A program made the position numbers and the translations under genes. Shown here one piece after another: positions 9,115 through 17,450 of a DNA stretch of 64,000 bases. The DNA comes from an uncultured archaeon (GTDB lineage Archaea > Iainarchaeota > Iainarchaeia > Iainarchaeales > 1-14-0-10-31-34), in the NCBI GenBank assembly GCA_964608675.1, contig CAZSOZ010000002.1, positions 1 through 64,000 of the forward strand, given 5' to 3'. Positions within the stretch are counted from its first letter, which is position 1. Each line of letters begins with the position of its first letter. The notes under the pieces were generated by a model that saw only the letters and a list, made by a program, of their open reading frames with translations, had not been told where the DNA came from and did not search any database.

Positions 9115-9276
9115 TTATTTTCTAATTAATGATACAATCAATAAAATCAAGAAAATTATTGCAGGAATTTTTGTTATGCCTGCAAACATCCCTTTAATTT
9201 TATTAATTCAAATAATCCTGCAACTAAAGTCAGAATTAAAAAGTATTCCTGAATACCTTAACAATTTTTTTTTCAT
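9115..9276 (-). pseudogene. Frameshifted small two-helix membrane protein (DUF1328/UPF0391-like)
   Basis: MKKKLLRYSGILLILTLVAGLFELIKLKG then a shift to MFAGITKIPAIIFLILLIVSLIRK*; one-base slip near 9190. Confidence 0.4.
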
Positions 9277-9280
9277 TTAA

Positions 9281-9541
9281 TTAAAAAGCTATTCCAAACA
9301 CGTCAAGTAAAATCAACAAAATTATTCCCGGAATTCCTCCTAATGCAGCAATTAATACACTCCAAAAATTAATGTTAATTTGAATTACAGGAAAAAAATT
9401 CAGCAAAGTTATTGCGATTATTCCTAAAATTCCGTTTACTATAAGCCAAATCACTGCTTTTCCTGCTTTTATTGCCAGATAAATAACTGCAAACAACAAT
9501 AAAAGGCTCAACACAGGCCCTAACCATAAAACTTCAACCAT
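9281..9541 (-). CDS. BofA-like (pro-sigmaK processing inhibitor family) membrane protein
   Basis: LIVNGILG...ININFWSVLIAALGGIPGIILL pattern. Confidence 0.75.
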   Translation of the reverse strand: MVEVLWLGPVLSLLLLFAVIYLAIKAGKAVIWLIVNGILGIIAITLLNFFPVIQININFWSVLIAALGGIPGIILLILLDVFGIAF

Positions 9542-9638
9542 AATTTCACCTTACAATAACTTGCTTTTTTTGTTTTAATTTAATTAACTTTAGTTTTTTT
9601 AAAAAAAAAGAAGAAAATAAATCAAATAATTTCTTTTT

Positions 9639-10661
9639 TTATTCTAAATGGTTTTTTCTTAGTTGTGCTCCGCTTGTAAATCTTGTTCCTGCTTTTTGTT
9701 TTCTGATTTTGTCTATTTTGTCTATTTCTTTTTGCATTTTCCAAGTCCTTAAATGAACTTCTATTGGAACCTTGTTTTCTCCTAAAAAATAAAGAACATG
9801 AATTGAACGATAAGGCACTTCAGTGGAAACATCTTGATAATATTTTGGGTTTCTTACATAATCTTTTGATTCCCTTATTTTTCCTTTATTGCTTTTAATC
9901 CATTCGTCCAGCAAAGACTTAATTTTATATAAATCTTCTTTTGTTCCTGCAACAATCCTTAAACCTAAAGCTTCAAGGGAAATTCTTTCAGCCATTGTTT
10001 CAGTTAATTTTTCTCTTAATTTTTTTCCCAGTTTTTGTCTTTTTCTTTCATTTAATGCTTTGTTTAAAAATCTTCTTGTTTTATCCATTCTTTTATTTAA
10101 TTCTTTTAAGTCTCCAGGCACATAAATGCCTCTTTCCATTTTTACTTTATAGTCAAGCAGGTAATTCAGTTCTTTGTTCCATTTGTTTATTCTGCTTATA
10201 CTGCTTTCAAGCCTGTTCATTTTTTTCAGAACAGTTTGCTTTTCTTTTAGATTAAGGTCTTTTGAAGCCTGAACTGTCTGCCTTATTTTTTGAATTTCCC
10301 TGTTATTTAATAATTCTGGTTTCTCGCATTTCCTAGAAAAATTGTTTATTGCATCATTCAAGGACTTAAATGTTTTTACTCTGGTAAAAAACCAGGGTTT
10401 ACTGTTTAATTCTGTGTTATTTATCCTTGCCTTAAATCCTTTTTTTATTTTTGTAAGCATGTGTCTTCTTACAGCATAATCATCAAAAGAAAACAATCTT
10501 TTTTGTTGTATAAGCCGATTTCTTATTCTTTCTTTTGCTTTTTTTTCTTTTACCAAAAAAATAGCGTTAAATACTTTTCCTGTGGCTTTGGATGCAAGAT
10601 GCTTTACTCTTGTTTTAGCTTTAAATAAAGAACTCACTTTATTTGTTTTTTTTGCAGGCAT
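9639..10661 (-). CDS. RelA/SpoT synthetase-domain (small alarmone synthetase-like) protein with helical insertion
   Basis: RVKTFKSL, EALGLRIV, KDYVRNPK, YRSIHV, IEVHLRT..MQ correspond in order to RSH SYNTH motifs. Confidence 0.72.
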   Translation of the reverse strand: MPAKKTNKVSSLFKAKTRVKHLASKATGKVFNAIFLVKEKKAKERIRNRLIQQKRLFSFDDYAVRRHMLTKIKKGFKARINNTELNSKPWFFTRVKTFKSLNDAINNFSRKCEKPELLNNREIQKIRQTVQASKDLNLKEKQTVLKKMNRLESSISRINKWNKELNYLLDYKVKMERGIYVPGDLKELNKRMDKTRRFLNKALNERKRQKLGKKLREKLTETMAERISLEALGLRIVAGTKEDLYKIKSLLDEWIKSNKGKIRESKDYVRNPKYYQDVSTEVPYRSIHVLYFLGENKVPIEVHLRTWKMQKEIDKIDKIRKQKAGTRFTSGAQLRKNHLE

Positions 10662-10712
10662 AAATAAACAATATTTTTAGTTATTTAAATTATTTTTGCT
10701 AAAAAAAAAGAA

Positions 10713-11084
10713 TTAAAGGATTTCAATGTGTTCATTGTTGAATTTTTTGAGCCTTTCTTTTAAAGAAGAAGGTTTTTTTTCTTGATGCATTAATGCACTG
10801 GAATTAAATGAACTTCTTGTTTCAACTGTATTTTTTTCTGTTTGGAATTCAATTTTTGGTTCAGTTTTTTGAATCCGCCTAGAAATGTTTTTCGGCTGAA
10901 AAACAGAAGTTGAATCAGAGTTATTTTGATTTCCTTGAACTCTTTTTGCTGCAATAAAAGAATTAATTACATCAATTGAATCTTCTTTCATTATTCCAGT
11001 GTATGAACATTTTTTGCACTGCATTTCAATGCCATTTGCCTGCAATTGAATTGAACCGCATTGAGGACAGTATTTCATTTTCAT
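10713..11084 (-). CDS. Zn-ribbon protein with low-complexity tail
   Basis: N-terminal CPQCGS...CKKCSYTG. Confidence 0.7.
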   Translation of the reverse strand: MKMKYCPQCGSIQLQANGIEMQCKKCSYTGIMKEDSIDVINSFIAAKRVQGNQNNSDSTSVFQPKNISRRIQKTEPKIEFQTEKNTVETRSSFNSSALMHQEKKPSSLKERLKKFNNEHIEIL

Positions 11085-11151
11085 ATTTTTTCACAACAAA
11101 AGACTGCATATAATAAAACTATTCTCATATTTAAAGCTTATGATTATTTTT

Positions 11152-12087
11152 TCATTTTTTTTGAATTAAATCAGAAATACTGAATCTTCTTTTTTTTGGT
11201 TTGGGTTCTTCTTCTGCAAATCCTTCAAGAGAACTTTCGTCTTCAAATTCTTTTTCTAAATCCTTGTCGTCCAGTACTTCTTCAAAAACAGTTTGATTTG
11301 ATTTCATTTTATGCATTTGATATAATAATGCAAGCAATACAAGCAGGGCAATCAAAAAAACTGCTCCTTTCCATGCATTGTCAACAGAAAAATTATAGAA
11401 GCCTGTTAAATAATTTTGTTTTTTTTGGCTGTCCTGCAGTATTTCTTCACTTTTTTTTTCTGTTTCCTGTGCAGGAATTTCTTCTTCTTTTAATTCATTT
11501 AGTTTGCTTAAAGTTTCTTCTAATTCGTTTATTTCTTTTTCCAGAGAGCTTGTTTTTTGTTCAACGTTTTGTTCAGTTGAATTCTTTAATTGTTCTAATT
11601 CTTGCCTGCCTTCATTTATTTTTTTTATTATGCTTTTCATTAAAATGTCTACATCTTCTTTAAATGAATCAGGCATGTTTTGGATTGCAGTAATTGTATT
11701 AATTGCTTTTACTTCAAATTCTTTTTCTTCCACTAAACTGCTTTGATTAAAAGTTTTAATTTTTATTGTATGTTTTCCTTCAGGTATTCCAAAATAAGAT
11801 GCAAAAACAGTTAACCCTGAATTTTCTTCAGGATTTTTGTCAAACATGAATGCCTTTAAAACAAAATCTTCTTCTATTACAGGCTGTTTGTCGTTGTATG
11901 CAGTGATAATCAGCATTTCATCAAAATAAATAAAAGTTTTGGTAAATTCATTGGTTGGATTTAATTCAACTGAAAAACTCCAGTTTAAGTTTGCAGGAAT
12001 TTCTTTTGAAGCATTAATTTCTGCTGAATAAACGCTTGAAACAAGCATTACAAAAAACAATAAAATTAATTTCTTTGATTTTTTCAT
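11152..12087 (-). CDS. Exported/membrane-anchored coiled-coil protein
   Basis: Signal peptide, Glu/Lys coiled coil, C-proximal TM helix, acidic tail. Confidence 0.7.
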   Translation of the reverse strand: MKKSKKLILLFFVMLVSSVYSAEINASKEIPANLNWSFSVELNPTNEFTKTFIYFDEMLIITAYNDKQPVIEEDFVLKAFMFDKNPEENSGLTVFASYFGIPEGKHTIKIKTFNQSSLVEEKEFEVKAINTITAIQNMPDSFKEDVDILMKSIIKKINEGRQELEQLKNSTEQNVEQKTSSLEKEINELEETLSKLNELKEEEIPAQETEKKSEEILQDSQKKQNYLTGFYNFSVDNAWKGAVFLIALLVLLALLYQMHKMKSNQTVFEEVLDDKDLEKEFEDESSLEGFAEEEPKPKKRRFSISDLIQKK

Positions 12088-12171
12088 TTAAATATAATGT
12101 TTTTTGTTTTATTAATTCTTTTTGTTTTTTTTTTATTTGATTATTTAAATATTTTCTTTCATTTTATTTTT

Positions 12172-12630
12172 ATGATAAAAAGAAAGGCTTTAGTGTCTTT
12201 TGTGGCTTCAGCTGAAACAATTAAGATGGCTGAAATAGTCAAACAAGAACTAGAAAAAAAGAATTATTCAGTTAATTTAACAGAAATAATTAAACACAAA
12301 AAACAACCAAAAAAAAAAGGGTTAGTTAACTTGAAGTCAGGAAAAACTGACTGGAAATCCTTTGATTTAATTGTGTTAGGTTTTCCTGTAATTGGAATTT
12401 CTTCTTCTCATTTAATGAACGATTACTTAAAGCAATGCAAAAACATTTCAGGAAAACAAACCGCGGTTTTTATTGGATGCATCGGCTTGCACGGCAATGC
12501 CTTAAAGAAAGTGTCAAGCATTATTTCTTTTTACGGCGGAAAATTAAAGGATTCAATTATTGTTTCATCTTTTTTGGGTTTAAATGAAAAAAAAACAGAA
12601 AAAGTGAAAGAATTTGCTTCAAATCTTTAA
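12172..12630 (+). CDS. Flavodoxin-like fold protein
   Basis: FDLIVLGFPV, ISGKQTAVF; degenerate FMN loop; start reassigned to ATG 12172. Confidence 0.6.
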   Translation: MIKRKALVSFVASAETIKMAEIVKQELEKKNYSVNLTEIIKHKKQPKKKGLVNLKSGKTDWKSFDLIVLGFPVIGISSSHLMNDYLKQCKNISGKQTAVFIGCIGLHGNALKKVSSIISFYGGKLKDSIIVSSFLGLNEKKTEKVKEFASNL

Positions 12631-12727
12631 GAAAAAATTTAAATACAAGTTTTGTTTTCTTATTTTTGCAGGGGTTTTTTTTATAGTATATGAAAACAAT
12701 GTAAACGGAAACAACAAAACAAATTTA

Positions 12728-13171
12728 ATGCATTTATATACTTTCAATGAACTCAATAAAATGCATTTAAACAATGAACTGGAAATAAAAAAAATTTGTC
12801 CTGAACAATCTGTTTTAATTCATTCAAAAAACAATTCCAATTTATGTAATGAAGGAAGATTTGATTTTTTAGTGGAAACCAAACAAAGCAAAATAATTGG
12901 AATGGAAGTCCTCACAAGACCCAGCAAAGGAAAAATGAAAAACAAGTTAAGATATGCAAGAGAAGCAGATGAATTCATTTTTGTTTTGCCTTTAAATTCT
13001 ATGGAGTTTTACAGGAAACCAGAAAAAAAAGGGTTTCCTAAAAAAGTTAAATCCAAGTTTTTTGGCAGAGAATTTTCAGATAAAAACCTTTTTGTATGGT
13101 TGCTGGATTTAAAAAAAGGTTTTATTATAAAAAATTCTTTTAATAAAATATTCAATGTTTCATTAAAATAG
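12728..13171 (+). CDS. Hypothetical protein, possible PD-(D/E)XK nuclease fold
   Basis: EQSV...GRFDFLV...IIGMEVLT...KLRY; start uncertain. Confidence 0.5.
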   Translation: MHLYTFNELNKMHLNNELEIKKICPEQSVLIHSKNNSNLCNEGRFDFLVETKQSKIIGMEVLTRPSKGKMKNKLRYAREADEFIFVLPLNSMEFYRKPEKKGFPKKVKSKFFGREFSDKNLFVWLLDLKKGFIIKNSFNKIFNVSLK

Positions 13172-13207
13172 AAACCTTTATTAATATCTATTCCTTTCTT
13201 TTTTTTC

Positions 13208-13894
13208 ATGAAAAAATATTTTTTGTTTGCTTTGCTTGTTTCAATTCTGTTGTTTTCAGGATGCATTAAAATTCATATTAACCAGAAAATTTATTCAAAT
13301 TATGATTCAGACATAGAAATGGAAATGGATTTGTCTGGTGCAATGGGTTTAATGGGTTCAATGCCTGATGCAAACAAGAATTCTTTTGCTGATATCTGCA
13401 AGAATTTTGAAAAAAAACAAACAGAAAAACTAGAAAACTTTAAATGTGAAGCAGACGAAGAAAATTATGTTGTTAAAGTTTCAGGAACAACTTCTTTGAA
13501 AGACACAGAAGCACTGCAAATTGAAAACGGAATCCTAACAACAAAATATAGGTATGATGCTTCAAAAGGCAAAGATTATTTGAATTCACTTGAAGCTTCT
13601 GATACTTCAGGTTCAATGAATTTATCTGAAGAAATGAATGAAGAGCAAATCCAGTACTTGAAGTCAGTCGGAGTAGAAATGATTTATGCTCTTGAAATGC
13701 CCGGCAAAATAATTCATTCAGATGCAGGAGAAATAAAAGACAACAAAGTAGTAATTGACTTATTAAATTTAACCGGAAAAGAAAAAGTTTATATTGAATC
13801 AGAAGAACTAAACATTCTTCCATTAATTGCAGTTATAATTGCAGTGATTGCAGTAATCTTGTTTTTGTTTTTTAAAAGAAAAGGTTCAATTTAA
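13208..13894 (+). CDS. Lipoprotein with C-terminal TM anchor (LppM-like)
   Basis: LFSGC lipobox, LEMPGKIIHSDA, C-terminal hydrophobic helix followed by KRK. Confidence 0.7.
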   Translation: MKKYFLFALLVSILLFSGCIKIHINQKIYSNYDSDIEMEMDLSGAMGLMGSMPDANKNSFADICKNFEKKQTEKLENFKCEADEENYVVKVSGTTSLKDTEALQIENGILTTKYRYDASKGKDYLNSLEASDTSGSMNLSEEMNEEQIQYLKSVGVEMIYALEMPGKIIHSDAGEIKDNKVVIDLLNLTGKEKVYIESEELNILPLIAVIIAVIAVILFLFFKRKGSI

Positions 13895-13940
13895 TTCGGC
13901 TTTCCTTTTTAAACTTTTTTTAAGTCTTTTTTATTAGTAT

Positions 13941-14144
13941 GGGCCTGTAGCCTAGTGGATAAGGCATCAGCCTTCTAAACTTTTTTCGCAAAAAAGTTTA
14001 ATCAAAAAAGCAATCTTTTCTACGAAAAGATTGTGCATGATTATCTTTTGATTAGGTGCAGTGCGAGTTTATCTCGCACGTTTTGTTGCACCTTTTGGAA
14101 AAGGCGCAAGCTGAGGATCGGGGGTTCGAATCCTCCCAGGCCCG
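13941..14144 (+). tRNA. tRNA-Arg(TCT) with 131-nt intron at 37/38 (13978-14108)
   Basis: 5' exon GGGCCTG...TCAGC-CT-TCT-A; 3' exon A-GCTGA-GGATC-GGGGGTTCGAATCCTCC-CAGGCCC-G. Confidence 0.88.
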
Positions 14145-14190
14145 TCGCGATTCCGCTCGCGAGTCACGAGTGCTATCTAAAGATAGCACC
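14145..14190 (+). repeat. tRNA-downstream palindromic repeat (family A)
   Basis: GCTCGCGAGT...GTGCTATCT-AA-AGATAGCAC (14170-14189). Confidence 0.75.
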
Positions 14191-14273
14191 GTTATAAACG
14201 TTTTGTAGTTTAATCTTACTTATAAGAAAATCTTATATATTGGTTTGTTTACTGTTATTATTGAGGTGGTTTA

Positions 14274-14519
14274 ATGCAGGATGTTGAAACAACCAGAATG
14301 TCCACTAAAGGGCAGGTAATTATTCCTAAAGATATAAGGGATTTTACTGACAGCAGGGAAGACACTATTTTTACTGTTTTTCCTATTGACAAAAAAACTA
14401 TTGTTTTGAAGAAACTGGATAAACAAAAAATTATTGCTGAGTTCAGGGCTTTAAGGAAAAAAGTTAAAAACAAGATTTCTGAGGCAGAAGTAAATACAAT
14501 TGTCCATAAAGTCAGGTAA
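14274..14519 (+). CDS. AbrB/MazE/SpoVT-family antitoxin-like DNA-binding protein
   Basis: TTRMSTKGQVIIPKDIR; GAGGTGG RBS. Confidence 0.85.
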   Translation: MQDVETTRMSTKGQVIIPKDIRDFTDSREDTIFTVFPIDKKTIVLKKLDKQKIIAEFRALRKKVKNKISEAEVNTIVHKVR

Positions 14520-14571
14520 AATCAGAGTGGTTCTTGATACTAATATTGTTGTTTCTGCTTTGATTGCTTAA
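14500..14571 (+). pseudogene. Truncated PIN/VapC toxin remnant
   Basis: Overlapping frame reads KIRVVLDTNIVVSALIA* (PIN N-terminal motif) and stops after 23 codons. Confidence 0.7.
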
Positions 14572-14574
14572 AAA

Positions 14575-16398
14575 TTAGTTTTCACTGATTTTGGGCCAAA
14601 TTAAAGTGAAAACAATGATTGCAAGAGCAAGAATTAATAAAAGCAGAATTTGAGGAATTAAATGAATTAATGGAGTCCCTCTGATTATAATTGAAGTTAA
14701 AAGGTCTATTGCTATTGTTAAAGGAAGGATTTCGCTTATTGTTCGAATAAAAGAAGGCATAAATGAAGTCGGCAGAATCATTCCGCTTAAAAAAACTAAT
14801 GGAACTGAAATCAGCAAAGAAGACAAAATTGCAGTTGACTGCGTTTTAGTAAAAGTTGTAATCAGCAGTCCAATTGAAATAAACGTGAATGAAATTAAAA
14901 TTAACACAAAAATTAATTCCCATATTTCTCCATGAGGAATCACTCCGAATCCAGTTAAAGCTACAATCAAAATTAATGCTGCTTCAAATAAAGCAAAAAC
15001 CATTTGGCCTGAAATTTTTCCTGTAATCCAAGTTAAATTCATTGTAGGAGAAAGTTTTGCTCTTAATTCTGCTCCCTGATTTTTTTCTAAAATAGTTGAA
15101 ATGCTTGTCAATAAAAGCGAAGTTAAAAGCAAAACTATCGCTATTGCCATTGGAGTAATAACTGAAATTTCAGTTGAAGCATACAATGGTTTGCGGGAAA
15201 TTTTCACAGGCCTTACAATTGCATCAGGAGAAACAGAACTCAGATTGTCAAGTTTTGTTGAAAGCTCCTGCATTTGAATTTTTGTTTCCTCTAAATCCAT
15301 TAAAATTGATTCCCTTGAACTTTTTGCTTCTGTAATCATTAATTTTATTTCATTCAGTGTTTCCTGCATTGAATTAACTGTATTTTTAAATGACTGCACA
15401 CTGGAGTTAGCGGAATCAAGCCGTGCATTAATTACATTTAAATCATTTAAAGTCTGATTTAATTTTGTTTGAGTGCTGTCAATATCAATTAACGCTTGAT
15501 TTAATTCGTTTATAGTTAAATTAAGTTCATTTATTACATCATTTAACTGGTTTTCTGCGTTAATTAAAGAGCCTTGTAATTCTGCAGGAGACACGCTTTT
15601 AAGGTAAGTTATCTGGGATTTAATTGAATACAATTGATCACGGTAAATAATCAAATTGTTTCTTTCTCTTTGAATTTTTGTTTTGTAATCTGAAAGTTTT
15701 CCTTGTGCTGAAATAATTTCATTTCTTGTGTCTGCAATTGAATTTTTTGCGTCCGTGTAATATGAATCAAATTCATTTAATTGATTCTGCATTGAAGTTA
15801 AATCAAATAAATTCAATCTTTTTTCAAGGTTGTTTAATTCATATTTTGTTCCTTCAAGTTTTACAATAAAATTGTTTATAGTGTTGATTTCCTGGTTTAC
15901 TGTTGTTTTAATTGTTTCAAGGTTATGAATCATTTCTTCAAGTATTTCTGTTGCTTTAGTGTAGCTTACTTCATTCAAAATTGTTTCGGTTACAAACAAA
16001 GTGACTTGTGTTTCAAGCAAACTTGAATTATCGTAAATTAATTCAACGCTTACAGGAGAACCAATTGAATGTTTTTCTGCAATTAATCCTATTTTAATGT
16101 TTCTTTTGTTTATTGCATTTCTTACTTCTTGTTCTGAATTAAATTCAATTAAATTCACTGCCTGATACAAACTTAATTCTGAAATTAATTCATTTATTTG
16201 TTCAGTGTTTTCAGGAGAATAAAATCCAATGTTTACTTCAGAAAAAGCGCTTCCTGTTCCTGTAAAAATGTTTACGTTTCCGAATGCTGCTCCAATTGCA
16301 AAAATGGTTATTATTGGAAAAAAGAAAATTAACATTAAAGAAATTTTTTGGGTTTTAATTAATTTCAGTTCCTTTAATGCAATTTTAAATAACTTCAT
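14575..16398 (-). CDS. ABC-2 transporter permease with long extracellular coiled coil (YhgE/Pip-like)
   Basis: KIALKELK N-terminus, central heptad region, C-terminal TMs with FLSGMILP..MP and PLT. Confidence 0.85.
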   Translation of the reverse strand: MKLFKIALKELKLIKTQKISLMLIFFFPIITIFAIGAAFGNVNIFTGTGSAFSEVNIGFYSPENTEQINELISELSLYQAVNLIEFNSEQEVRNAINKRNIKIGLIAEKHSIGSPVSVELIYDNSSLLETQVTLFVTETILNEVSYTKATEILEEMIHNLETIKTTVNQEINTINNFIVKLEGTKYELNNLEKRLNLFDLTSMQNQLNEFDSYYTDAKNSIADTRNEIISAQGKLSDYKTKIQRERNNLIIYRDQLYSIKSQITYLKSVSPAELQGSLINAENQLNDVINELNLTINELNQALIDIDSTQTKLNQTLNDLNVINARLDSANSSVQSFKNTVNSMQETLNEIKLMITEAKSSRESILMDLEETKIQMQELSTKLDNLSSVSPDAIVRPVKISRKPLYASTEISVITPMAIAIVLLLTSLLLTSISTILEKNQGAELRAKLSPTMNLTWITGKISGQMVFALFEAALILIVALTGFGVIPHGEIWELIFVLILISFTFISIGLLITTFTKTQSTAILSSLLISVPLVFLSGMILPTSFMPSFIRTISEILPLTIAIDLLTSIIIRGTPLIHLIPQILLLLILALAIIVFTLIWPKISEN

Positions 16399-16402
16399 TT
16401 TT

Positions 16403-17377
16403 TCACTCTTTTTCAGTTTTTTTTATTCCTTCAGCTTTTCCTGTTAAATTCAAAAAAACGTTTTCTAGGTCAGGTTCTTTTATAGTTGTTTTTGTTATGT
16501 TTAATCCGTTTAAGATAATTAACCGGTTTATTTTAGATAAAGCATTTATTTCATTTTTTCCTTTATAGACAATGTTGATTTTTTGGCCGTCTATATGAAT
16601 TGAATTTCCTAAAGCTTTTTCTAAATCTTGTTTGGTTTTTTCTGGAATAGGCTTGTCTGTTTCAAATTGAAAGTTTTTTTGTCCGCCAAAACTTTCAATT
16701 AATTCATATGGAGACTTGCATACAAAAATTTTTCCTTTCATTATTAATGCAACTCTGTCACATAATTCTTGTGCTTCATCCATGTAATGCGTTGTAATAA
16801 ACAAGGTTTTCTTTTTTTGTTTTAATTCAATTAACTTTTTCCATAACAGTCTTCTCATGTCTGGATCTAATCCAACTGTTGGTTCATCCAAAAAAATAAA
16901 TGAAGGATTGTAAACCAAAGAGCATGCAATGTTAAGCATTTTTCTGTATCCTCCTGAAAGATTTTCTGCTTTTCTGTTTTTGAAATAACTTAAATTAAGC
17001 CAGTCCAGCAAAAAATTAATTCTTTCCTTTAATTTTTTTCCTTTTATGCCGTACAATGAACCAAAAAAAGAAAGGTTTTCTTCTACTGTAAAAAACCTGT
17101 AAAAAGAGTCTTCCTGCGGAACAAAAGCAACATGTTTTTTTAATTCAAGGTTTTTTGGATTAAATTTTTCAAAAAAAACTGCTTTTCCTGAATCAGCTGT
17201 ATTTAAGCCGTTTAAAATTTTAATTAAAGTGCTTTTGCCTGCTCCGTTTGGCCCAAGCAAACCGAATATTTCTCCGCCAAAAACTTCTAAGTCAACGTCA
17301 ACCAAAACTTTTTGTTTTCCGTATGCTTTAGATAAATCAGCTGTCTTCAAAACTGTTTCCATGCTATTAAATAACAA
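16403..17377 (-). CDS. ABC transporter ATP-binding protein
   Basis: GPNGAGKST, LSGG, FLDEPT, TTHYMDEA. Confidence 0.95.
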   Translation of the reverse strand: MLFNSMETVLKTADLSKAYGKQKVLVDVDLEVFGGEIFGLLGPNGAGKSTLIKILNGLNTADSGKAVFFEKFNPKNLELKKHVAFVPQEDSFYRFFTVEENLSFFGSLYGIKGKKLKERINFLLDWLNLSYFKNRKAENLSGGYRKMLNIACSLVYNPSFIFLDEPTVGLDPDMRRLLWKKLIELKQKKKTLFITTHYMDEAQELCDRVALIMKGKIFVCKSPYELIESFGGQKNFQFETDKPIPEKTKQDLEKALGNSIHIDGQKINIVYKGKNEINALSKINRLIILNGLNITKTTIKEPDLENVFLNLTGKAEGIKKTEKE

Positions 17378-17450
17378 AAAGAACTATAAAAACTTATCCG
17401 ATTTCTAAGACTGAATCTTTTAGTTTATTAACTTTTTTGCTTTAATTTAT

